A DNA stretch of 27,445 nt, taken from a virus. Its lineage: Duplodnaviria > Caudoviricetes. Of this stretch, positions 19,233 through 25,975 are shown piece after piece. The translations under genes were made by a program, and so were the position numbers. Every line of letters begins with the position of its first letter. The stretch's first letter is position 1. The notes below the pieces were generated by a model that worked only from the letters and a program-made list of their open reading frames with translations, had not been told where the DNA came from and made no database searches. Where the stretch lies: IMG/VR virus record IMGVR_UViG_3300011336_000415, positions 1-27,445 of that record; one strand, 5' to 3'.

Positions 19233-19398
19233 AACTATTATAAAGTAAGTACTGTATTGACGCGTTTATAATCCAAAGCAGTAAAAACCAGTCTTTAAAT
19301 GGTGATTTTGTTATATACCACATTAAGGGTGGAAGTAGTGATAAGAATAGGTGTAGTGCTAGTTTTCCTCCTAGTATGTATTTAGTTTTTGTTTTCAT
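19222..19398 (-). CDS. Small two-TM membrane protein (58 aa)
   Basis: MKTKTKYILGGKLALHLFLSLLPPLMWYITKSPFKDWFLLLWIINASIQYLLYNSYEI*; overlaps both neighbours. Confidence 0.5.
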   Translation of the reverse strand: MKTKTKYILGGKLALHLFLSLLPPLMWYITKSPFKDWFLLLWIINASIQYLLYNSYEI

Positions 19399-19777
19399 TT
19401 GCTTTGATTATGTTAGGATTCTCGTAAATGTTTCCAATAATTTCGAGATGTTCTAAATGTGACATCGGTGAATCCTCACACACTTCATCATCACAATAAC
19501 TATAAAATCCTTTTTCGTTCCAAGTTACTATCCAATTTGTGCTACCAATGTCACCATTATTAAGTATGTCAGACTCATATATCTCCTTTCCATTTTTGTC
19601 TTTAAGGCCTGTGTATTGCATAAGTTCTACATTTTCAGGGTGTCTTATGTAGTCTAAATCCTCAGCTACTAATCCTATTTGTTGATACCCACAATTACCA
19701 ATAATTCTTAACATATCAACTGTCATAATTCTTCTTGCTACTTTATCCCAAGCTCTGAACTTGATTTCTCTAGTCAT
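19382..19777 (-). CDS. YopX family protein
   Basis: REIKFRAWD...LMQYTGLKDKNGKEIYESDI...EIIGNIYENP. Confidence 0.92.
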   Translation of the reverse strand: MTREIKFRAWDKVARRIMTVDMLRIIGNCGYQQIGLVAEDLDYIRHPENVELMQYTGLKDKNGKEIYESDILNNGDIGSTNWIVTWNEKGFYSYCDDEVCEDSPMSHLEHLEIIGNIYENPNIIKANENKN

Positions 19778-20048
19778 TTTCTTGTTTTATTATGGATAAT
19801 ACTTCGTCTTTAATTTGCTTTTGAGCCAATATCTCTCGCTCACTGTTTGGTGGGTAAGAAAATCTTATATTCTCTATCTTCTCCTCCACCCTCTCCATAT
19901 CTTCTTTACGGATTTGTTCGAGTTTGGAGAGCCACCAGTCAGATAGTTCTTCAATATCTATAATTGGTTCACAACATATCTTATTGTCTATGGACTGCTG
20001 ACTTAAAAATTCTTTCCATTCTTTTATCAACTCTTCTTTGTTTGTCAT
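19770..20048 (-). CDS. Hypothetical protein
   Basis: 92-aa ORF in a tightly packed operon. Confidence 0.65.
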   Translation of the reverse strand: MTNKEELIKEWKEFLSQQSIDNKICCEPIIDIEELSDWWLSKLEQIRKEDMERVEEKIENIRFSYPPNSEREILAQKQIKDEVLSIIKQEND

Positions 20049-20052
20049 ATGT

Positions 20053-20268
20053 TTATATTATAGCGAATAATTCTTCTACTAATACTATGTCTCCAATACT
20101 TTCTATGTAGCTAGGTAAAGTATTTTTAATCCACGCCTGACTATCTGGCTCTGCCCAGTATTTTAAATAGTCTGTTTCTCTTTCTGTAAGCTTTTTATAT
20201 TTTACAGCAACTTTTAGTAAAGTATTTCCGTTTACTAAGGTGAGCAAATAATTGTATTCGGTGTTCAT
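20053..20268 (-). CDS. Hypothetical protein
   Basis: 71-aa ORF in the operon. Confidence 0.6.
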   Translation of the reverse strand: MNTEYNYLLTLVNGNTLLKVAVKYKKLTERETDYLKYWAEPDSQAWIKNTLPSYIESIGDIVLVEELFAII

Positions 20269-20405
20269 AGGTGTTTTATTTGTTTTTACTTTCTAAGAAC
20301 TCCATAAATCCATCAAATGACCTGTCGCTTGGATAAAACTCGTCTTTATACTCCTCCCAATACTCCATAATTAGTTTTAATATTGCTTCTTTCATAGGTG
20401 TTTTA
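20264..20405. repeat. 15-bp direct repeat TTCATAGGTGTTTTA at two successive gene junctions
   Basis: Exact copies at 20264-20278 and 20391-20405. Confidence 0.85.
20276..20395 (-). CDS. Hypothetical protein (39 aa)
   Basis: MKEAILKLIMEYWEEYKDEFYPSDRSFDGFMEFLESKNK*; bounded by 15-bp direct repeats. Confidence 0.55.
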   Translation of the reverse strand: MKEAILKLIMEYWEEYKDEFYPSDRSFDGFMEFLESKNK

Positions 20406-20945
20406 ATAAGTTTTAGTTACAGTAAGACCCGCGTCTTTACATATTTTAATAGCATTTTCCAAAGTGTCAGAGGAACTAAGTGTCAAAGAGTCATTAGAAC
20501 TAGGTAACTTAGAGTTTAGTTGCGGAACCACGAAGCGATAACGAGACTCGGCAGGCCAGACGTAGTCGTTCGAGAAGCGATGGACGTTGGCGGCGAGCGA
20601 GCCAACGGAGTGGACGTACACGTCAGCAACGAAGACTTTTTCTCCACTTTTGAAAGGAAAAAATGTATACCGATTTTTTGATATTAAATCCTTATGATTT
20701 TCTATGAAGTACAATATCTGCTCTTGTGTAAGAAGACTGTCAGGTGACATCATCTGTTGAAAAGTAGCCTTCTCTTTCATCTCCATTACATCTACTTTCA
20801 TTTCCTCAGTAGCCTTACCTTTTTTATTAGCACCCCAGTTTTTAAAGTCTTGGTCTATCCAATCAAATAGCTTTGAGTTTGCTATAATTTTTGTACCTTT
20901 TAGGTTAGGTATAGTTATTGTTTTTATTAGTTTTAGTGTGTGCAT
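20403..20945 (-). CDS. Putative DGR target protein with a sub-terminal variable region
   Basis: 180 aa. The segment VFVADVYVHSVGSLAANVHRFSNDYVWPAESRYRFVVPQ is encoded by a GC-rich, A-poor block. Confidence 0.7.
   Translation of the reverse strand: MHTLKLIKTITIPNLKGTKIIANSKLFDWIDQDFKNWGANKKGKATEEMKVDVMEMKEKATFQQMMSPDSLLTQEQILYFIENHKDLISKNRYTFFPFKSGEKVFVADVYVHSVGSLAANVHRFSNDYVWPAESRYRFVVPQLNSKLPSSNDSLTLSSSDTLENAIKICKDAGLTVTKTY
20519..20636 (-). mobile_element. Diversity-generating retroelement variable region (VR), putative
   Basis: Hand count over 20521-20636: 70/116 G+C and 13/116 A on the coding strand. 38 consecutive codons have no A at position 3, and many are NNC/NNT codons derivable from AAC/AAT. 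Confidence 0.65.
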
Positions 20946-20946
20946 T

Positions 20947-21165
20947 TTATTTCTTTATTTTCTTATAACCTTCGACCTTTTCTTCTTTGTACTCAATACC
21001 TAGGTATTTTTCTAGTTTATCTAGTCTGCCTAGTATAAGTTTGGTGTATATAATAAAATCTTCTTTATCAACTTTTTCATCTATAAGTTTCGTTACATCT
21101 CCATGTAGTAGACACATACTTCGTCTTATATCCTTTATATCTTGTTTTATTTGTTTGAATAGCAT
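20947..21165 (-). CDS. Hypothetical protein
   Basis: 72-aa ORF in the operon. Confidence 0.6.
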   Translation of the reverse strand: MLFKQIKQDIKDIRRSMCLLHGDVTKLIDEKVDKEDFIIYTKLILGRLDKLEKYLGIEYKEEKVEGYKKIKK

Positions 21166-21183
21166 TGTTATTTTGTTATGTGT

Positions 21184-21354
21184 TTAATTAAAAGTTACTT
21201 CGTCTATAAAGTTTTCTAATATAGACCGAACAATAGTTTGTGGAGATACCTTTTGCTGTTTTGCTACTTTGTGTACCTTCTCAAATACTTCTTTATTAAC
21301 TCTAACATTTCCTATTTGATAATCTTTTGTTTTATTTAATGATATTTCTTTCAT
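21184..21354 (-). CDS. Ribbon-helix-helix (Arc/CopG-like) DNA-binding protein, 56 aa
   Basis: Not in the track: MKEISLNKTKDYQIGNVRVNKEVFEKVHKVAKQQKVSPQTIVRSILENFIDEVTFN*, a strand-helix-(VS)-helix pattern. Confidence 0.7.
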   Translation of the reverse strand: MKEISLNKTKDYQIGNVRVNKEVFEKVHKVAKQQKVSPQTIVRSILENFIDEVTFN

Positions 21355-21360
21355 ATCTAT

Positions 21361-21415
21361 ATGATATATTATGTATAAGGTACTGTAAAGAGCTTTTTAA
21401 TTATCTTGTGGAAAA
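21361..21415 (-). promoter_or_regulatory. Promoter with upstream DnaA-box-like site, leaderless transcript
   Basis: TTTTCCACA (21407-21415), 17 nt, TTTACA, 17 nt, TATCAT, 6 nt, ATG. Confidence 0.6.
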
Positions 21416-21448
21416 CTTCTTAGCGTATACCTTTTCTTTACCTAGTAA

Positions 21449-21772
21449 TTAGATGCCTGATTGTAAGGAATTAAAAGCAGGCGTACCTAAAATGTTGTTT
21501 TTAGTGTTTTCTAATAAATCTCTGCTCTCTTTAACCCTCTTATCTCCAATATGTTCATAATCTTCTCCAGTAAGTTTATAGTCTCGGTTATATCCCATTT
21601 CTCTATTGAAGTCTGGCAAAATACTCATAATGGTTTTACCAGATATAGAACCTTCTTTTAAAAATACCGCTTGTCCTGTTACTTGAGCCTGCATCGTTTT
21701 TTTAAGTTCTGTTTCATCTATAGAAACATAATCATCAATACCGTATCCGATTTTTACTTTAAAATATTTCAT
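21449..21772 (-). CDS. Hypothetical protein following the replication initiator
   Basis: 107-aa ORF 3 nt after the initiator gene. Confidence 0.7.
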   Translation of the reverse strand: MKYFKVKIGYGIDDYVSIDETELKKTMQAQVTGQAVFLKEGSISGKTIMSILPDFNREMGYNRDYKLTGEDYEHIGDKRVKESRDLLENTKNNILGTPAFNSLQSGI

Positions 21773-21775
21773 AGT

Positions 21776-22492
21776 TTATATTGCTAGGCCTCTGCCTTTA
21801 CTTATAATTTCATCTTTTTTTCTTTCAAAGGCGTTTTTTAAAGCTTCCCATTTTTCCTCTAATTGTAGTGGGGTATTGATACTAGGCATATAGGCTATCT
21901 TGTTGGTCTTATTTAATAAACCTACAACTTTTAAAACTTGCTCTAATCCGTGAATATCTATTAAGTTTTTTACAGCTTGTCTTTGAGTTTTGTTTTTAAA
22001 CCACTTTTGATAACTAGGGTTTACTTCTTTAAAAGAATCTATGATTTTTACTACTTCCGCGGAGCTTGTCTCCGCAAGTTCTTCCCTATCCTTACCTATC
22101 CTATCCTTACCTAACCTAACCTGTGTTTCCAAAGTGGATACATTTTGTATACATTCTGTATACGAGCCATTATCTTTTGTGATTAAAGTCTTCTTTTCTT
22201 CAATATATTGAGTTTCATTATATCTATCATTTTGAATATAATTGTGTATTTTCCAATGTTTGATTACAACTACACCTGATTCAAAACTCAATATAAACCT
22301 TTTAGCCAAAAGTATCTTTAAGTCATCATCATTAGCCCCAATCATTTTTGTTATCTTCTTAGGATTTCCAACAAAACCATCATCATCTCCTCTCATTGAG
22401 AGATGAAAATATAGTAGCTGACTACTAGCTGGCATATCCAAGAAAGCATCACTATCAACTATCTTTAAACTAAACATTCTCCTCTGTGCCAT
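21776..22492 (-). CDS. Phage replication initiator / replisome organizer
   Basis: MAQRRMFSLKIVDSDAFLDMPASSQLLYFHLSMRGDDDGFV...VIKHWKIHNYIQNDRY N-domain, then a low-complexity linker RLGKDRIGKDR. Start taken as ATG 22492. Confidence 0.85.
   Translation of the reverse strand: MAQRRMFSLKIVDSDAFLDMPASSQLLYFHLSMRGDDDGFVGNPKKITKMIGANDDDLKILLAKRFILSFESGVVVIKHWKIHNYIQNDRYNETQYIEEKKTLITKDNGSYTECIQNVSTLETQVRLGKDRIGKDREELAETSSAEVVKIIDSFKEVNPSYQKWFKNKTQRQAVKNLIDIHGLEQVLKVVGLLNKTNKIAYMPSINTPLQLEEKWEALKNAFERKKDEIISKGRGLAI
22084..22163. repeat. Short tandem repeats in the initiator linker (candidate origin iterons)
   Basis: CCTATC/CCTTAC/CCTAAC run at 22084-22122 and tandem ATACATT(T/C)TGT x2 at about 22138-22159. 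Confidence 0.5.
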
Positions 22493-22509
22493 ATATTTTT
22501 TAGTATTGT

Positions 22510-22568
22510 TCCTATAATCCACACCCCGCACCTTGCGAGTTCGAGGTATAGATTATAAGACGCAAGGT
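22510..22568 (-). ncRNA. Pseudoknot-capable 5' leader of the replication initiator
   Basis: 18-bp stem (22542-22559 with 22511-22528, 4 G-U pairs) whose loop CGCAAGGU pairs with upstream ACCUUGCG (22561-22568). Confidence 0.65.
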
Positions 22569-22592
22569 TAATTTTTAATGTCCGACCTATAT

Positions 22593-22620
22593 ATTTTACA
22601 CTCACTATAAATATAATCAA
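22593..22620 (-). promoter_or_regulatory. Leftward promoter for the replication operon
   Basis: TTGATT, 16 nt, TAAAAT. Confidence 0.45.
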
Positions 22621-22636
22621 AGTCGTTATTAACACC

Positions 22637-22664
22637 TTTACAAAATATATAAATATGCTATTGT
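22637..22664 (+). promoter_or_regulatory. Rightward promoter
   Basis: TTTACA, 16 nt, TATTGT with a TGn extension. Confidence 0.5.
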
Positions 22665-22770
22665 AATATATAGCCTATTCATACGGCTTAATAGTATAGA
22701 TAGGTCTTAAACCCTATTTGACAACGGGAAAGCTGGCTATTGTCCAAGCACCATAAAGATATATCTCACA

Positions 22771-22800
22771 AGTTCTCTTAATTGGGGACTTTTTGTTTTT
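22771..22800 (+). terminator. Rho-independent terminator
   Basis: AGTTCTC-TTAATT-GGGGACT stem followed by TTTTGTTTTT. Confidence 0.7.
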
Positions 22801-22845
22801 ACCTGTTGATAAGTACATTTATTACTTTAGTTTTCATATATAATT

Positions 22846-23634
22846 ATGATTATGGAATTGAACACTGTGATACAAGGAGATTGTTTAGAAGTGATGAAGA
22901 ATATACCAGATAAAAGTATTGACATGATACTTTGTGATTTGCCTTATGGAACTACTGCATGCAAATGGGACAGTATCCTGCCACAAGATAAGTTGTGGCA
23001 GGAATATAGAAGAATCATAAATGATGGCGGGTCAATAGTTCTATTTTCTTCTGGACAATTTACACCCTATTTAATGGCAAGTAACTTAGATATGTTTAAG
23101 TATAAGTATGTTTGGGTAAAGCAAAATACTACTAACTTTGTTCACGCCAAAAATAGACCAATGACTGAACACGAAGATATACTTGTTTTTAGTAAGGCAC
23201 CAATGGGGCATCTTTCACAACTAGGACAAAAAAGAATGATTTATAATCCACAAGGACTTACAGAAATAAATAAAAATATAAAACTTGGAAATGGTAGGTT
23301 TGGAACCGTTGCAGGTAAAAGACCTAGCCATAAAGAAGTGTTTAAAAGAACTCATACTGGTTATCCAACTGATATTTTATGGCAATTTAATGAAGTGGCT
23401 ACTAATAAAAAATCACACACAAGTGAAAAACCAATAGAATTACTTGAACATCTCATCAAGACCTACACCAACGAAAATGATATTGTATTAGACAACTGTG
23501 CAGGTTCAGGAACTACCGCTATTGCTTGTATAAATACTAAAAGGAATTATTTCCTTATTGAAAAAGAACCAGAGTATGTTGAGATTATAAAAAAGAGGTT
23601 AGACAGTAGTAATAATCTTTTTTCCACAACATAA
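22846..23634 (+). CDS. Orphan N6-adenine/N4-cytosine DNA methyltransferase, beta class
   Basis: Motif IV (DMILCDLPY) is N-terminal to motifs X-I (HTSEKP...VLDNCAGSGTT); no adjacent endonuclease. Confidence 0.92.
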   Translation: MIMELNTVIQGDCLEVMKNIPDKSIDMILCDLPYGTTACKWDSILPQDKLWQEYRRIINDGGSIVLFSSGQFTPYLMASNLDMFKYKYVWVKQNTTNFVHAKNRPMTEHEDILVFSKAPMGHLSQLGQKRMIYNPQGLTEINKNIKLGNGRFGTVAGKRPSHKEVFKRTHTGYPTDILWQFNEVATNKKSHTSEKPIELLEHLIKTYTNENDIVLDNCAGSGTTAIACINTKRNYFLIEKEPEYVEIIKKRLDSSNNLFSTT

Positions 23635-23674
23635 TTTATTTACCTATTCCATTGTTTTAAGTAGGTGGTAGAAT
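23620..23674 (+). promoter_or_regulatory. Extended -10 promoter with upstream DnaA-box-like site
   Basis: TTTTCCACA (23620-23628) and TGG-TAGAAT (23666-23674). Confidence 0.5.
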
Positions 23675-23720
23675 TTATATGTTCACCCATAACTATGGAA
23701 CTCGGCTAATTATAAATAGT

Positions 23721-24038
23721 ATGAAAAAATGCAAAAATTGTAAAAAGGATTTTAACGAAAAACAAAAGACTGAAAAGTATTGTTCTACTGAATGTTCCTA
23801 TAAGGCAATAGATGATAAGAGATATGCTAGAAATAAAACGTGTCAGCTAGTTAAATGTATTGCGTGTAATGGAAAAGGTGTAGTGAAGCGTAGAGTATAT
23901 TCTATCTTATCAGATGAACAAAAGAAAAATATACTTTTACTTTACAGAAAAGGGTATGGAATTAGGGAAATACAAAGAGAAGTAGGAGCTAAACACCCAT
24001 ACACAGTAACTTATTATATAAAAACTTGTAACCAATAA
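23721..24038 (+). CDS. Zinc-finger plus C-terminal HTH protein
   Basis: CKNC..YCSTEC, CIACNGKG, and HTH LSDEQKKNILLLYRKGYGIREIQREVG. ATG 23721 is preferred to 23679. Confidence 0.7.
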   Translation: MKKCKNCKKDFNEKQKTEKYCSTECSYKAIDDKRYARNKTCQLVKCIACNGKGVVKRRVYSILSDEQKKNILLLYRKGYGIREIQREVGAKHPYTVTYYIKTCNQ

Positions 24039-24042
24039 ATAT

Positions 24043-24261
24043 ATGGAAAATATAGAACACAGAATTGCAGAGATTATAGGTGAAGCTAGTATGCTTTGGT
24101 CGGAAACACCAAAAGGAGTATTTAATTCAGAAAAGGCAAAAGAACTGTGTGAAGAAATAATGACACATATTAAATACCCAATTACTGATAAAAGTTTTAT
24201 TCCAAAAGCTAATTGGACACCTTGCATTGGAGATAAGTGTAATCATAGTTCACATAAGTAG
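24043..24261 (+). CDS. Hypothetical protein
   Basis: 72 aa, includes IGEASMLWSETPKGVFNSEKA. Confidence 0.65.
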   Translation: MENIEHRIAEIIGEASMLWSETPKGVFNSEKAKELCEEIMTHIKYPITDKSFIPKANWTPCIGDKCNHSSHK

Positions 24262-24266
24262 TTGTA

Positions 24267-24320
24267 AGAAGTATTACTCCTCAAGGTTTTGCTAAAGCCT
24301 TTTACGAAGCAAATAAATAA
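24267..24320 (+). pseudogene. C-terminal remnant of a phage methyltransferase-like gene
   Basis: Startless frame RSITPQGFAKAFYEANK*, with an in-frame stop at 24255-24257 upstream. Confidence 0.5.
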
Positions 24321-24752
24321 ATGCTAACCAAACAACAAGTAAAAAACGCTCTACAAAATGAACACGAAAGAGAGCAAGCACTTAAAAGACAGCTTAAATG
24401 GTATTTTTGGAATTTACAACAATATAGAAAAGGCGGGATAATATGTGACTGCGATAGAATAGTTCCAGTAAATAAAGTATGCGAATGTGGCAAAATGCCA
24501 TTACATCTCATAAAAAATATGGTATGCAAACAATGTAGTAAAAACTTCGTATCATACAGAGAAAAGGTCTTTTGTAGTCCAAAGTGTTTAGAAAAATGGG
24601 GTAAGGAAAAAAGTACAAATGTATGTGCACAATGTAATCATTACTTTTTAAGACCAAATAGTGCTAGTAGATATCTAAATAGATTTTGTACTCAAAAGTG
24701 TTATAGAAAATATAGAAGTTTGAACGATTCAATGTATAAAGGAGATAATTAA
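24321..24752 (+). CDS. Multi-zinc-ribbon protein
   Basis: CDC..CECG, CKQC..FCSPKC, CAQC..FCTQKC. Confidence 0.7.
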   Translation: MLTKQQVKNALQNEHEREQALKRQLKWYFWNLQQYRKGGIICDCDRIVPVNKVCECGKMPLHLIKNMVCKQCSKNFVSYREKVFCSPKCLEKWGKEKSTNVCAQCNHYFLRPNSASRYLNRFCTQKCYRKYRSLNDSMYKGDN

Positions 24753-24965
24753 ATGATTGACCACACTAAATATTTGTTTAAAGGAAAAGGTATAAATTAT
24801 TTTGATACACCAAATCAAACTAGACAGAGGGTTCAAAGATACACATTAGATACAAGTGGAAATATTAAACTATTAGAAAGTCTTGCACCAGAAGGTAATG
24901 CAAGTATGCAAATATTAAGATATATACAGGAAAATAAGGCTAGAAATAAGGGTAAAAACAGATAA
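24753..24965 (+). CDS. Hypothetical protein
   Basis: 70-aa ORF abutting the upstream gene. Confidence 0.55.
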   Translation: MIDHTKYLFKGKGINYFDTPNQTRQRVQRYTLDTSGNIKLLESLAPEGNASMQILRYIQENKARNKGKNR

Positions 24966-24969
24966 AAAG

Positions 24970-25024
24970 TTATCAACACCCTAATACTTAGATACTTGAC
25001 GAGCGTAAAGTAAAGGTATATTCT
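24970..25024 (+). promoter_or_regulatory. Promoter with upstream DnaA-box-like site
   Basis: TTATCAACA (24970-24978), 17 nt, TTGACG, 17 nt, TATTCT. Confidence 0.6.
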
Positions 25025-25047
25025 ATATATGAAGGTACATTGAAATA

Positions 25048-25193
25048 CTACTCATACCGAGTAGCGAGGACATACAAATCAACTATAGCGAACTCATATA
25101 GCTATTTAGTAGCTACCAGACGATTAAGGCAAACTGGAAAGAAAGCCTGTGTGTTCTCACTACTCCGCAAGGAGTTCTTAATAACTAAATAGC
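25048..25193 (+). ncRNA. Structured 5' leader / candidate ncRNA
   Basis: 17-bp stem (25059-25075 with 25149-25165), GCAA-tetraloop hairpin 25162-25175, and 10-bp inverted repeat 25101-25110/25184-25193. Confidence 0.55.
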
Positions 25194-25199
25194 AACACA

Positions 25200-25352
25200 A
25201 TGAAATATCAAATTGACGGATTGGAGATACATTCAAATTACAAACCACGACGACATAACTTTGCAGTAGCACTAACTATATTTGTAATAGCATTTATAGT
25301 AATAGACTTCTTTGTACAGAATTACTTATCAGCTTTAATCTATACACACTAA
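25200..25352 (+). CDS. Small single-TM protein (50 aa)
   Basis: MKYQIDGLEIHSNYKPRRHNFAVALTIFVIAFIVIDFFVQNYLSALIYTH*. Confidence 0.6.
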   Translation: MKYQIDGLEIHSNYKPRRHNFAVALTIFVIAFIVIDFFVQNYLSALIYTH

Positions 25353-25353
25353 T

Positions 25354-25665
25354 ATGAAAATAAAGGTAACAAAAGAAGGCAGAGATGGAATATATATTCC
25401 AGAAAAAGAAAACCTAAAAAAATGGATAATTGAACAAAAGTTTGAAACAATACACAACTACATTCCATCAAATATGATGATGTTAGGAGCTGACCACGAT
25501 GTATCTGGTGTACTTGAGGATATAGATAGAGCTGACAGACTAGCTATTCTAACAGGTTCTGCACAATCAAATAATATGGGTCACGCATTGGCAATTATAA
25601 CAAATGAGAAGTTAGAGATGTATGACATCGGAAAGATTACTAATGAAGATTTGATAATTAATTAA
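25354..25665 (+). CDS. Hypothetical protein
   Basis: 103-aa ORF in the operon. Confidence 0.65.
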   Translation: MKIKVTKEGRDGIYIPEKENLKKWIIEQKFETIHNYIPSNMMMLGADHDVSGVLEDIDRADRLAILTGSAQSNNMGHALAIITNEKLEMYDIGKITNEDLIIN

Positions 25666-25672
25666 AACTAAT

Positions 25673-25963
25673 ATGAAAAAATCAGTAGAGATAATCCTAG
25701 AAGAAGCTAAAAAGATAGCGGAACGAGCAGAAGAAAAAGCTGGTCGGTGGAATGGTGAAGATACAGTAGGTGAAGAACAAGCACACATAAATAGCGAGAT
25801 AGATGATATGGCTTTGGAGATTATAGAGTGTTGTAAAGAAATACAAAAATTACTATCAGAAGATGAAGACGACGGCGAGAACACAAAGCCAGTACAACTA
25901 GACCACGCAGACATATACGGTGACTTTACTGGAGCTTCAGAAGATAACGGAGAGGGAAGATAA
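25673..25963 (+). CDS. Acidic hypothetical protein
   Basis: 96 aa, rich in E/D. Confidence 0.65.
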   Translation: MKKSVEIILEEAKKIAERAEEKAGRWNGEDTVGEEQAHINSEIDDMALEIIECCKEIQKLLSEDEDDGENTKPVQLDHADIYGDFTGASEDNGEGR

Positions 25964-25975
25964 CTATAAAAATAT

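Noticed and set aside
2412-21187. Plus-strand ORFs in the track (2412, 3454, 4172, 4865, 5626, 6406, 8413, 11610, 12267, 12813, 14055, 16362, 16846, 18691, 18964, 20987)
   Set aside because: They are antisense shadows of well-supported minus-strand genes, with S/L/F-rich composition and no motifs.
25122-25150. c-di-GMP-I riboswitch (GGCAAAC...GAAA...AAAGCC resemblance)
   Set aside because: It lacks the GNRA-capped P2 stem, the GACGCAAAG segment and the P3 receptor.
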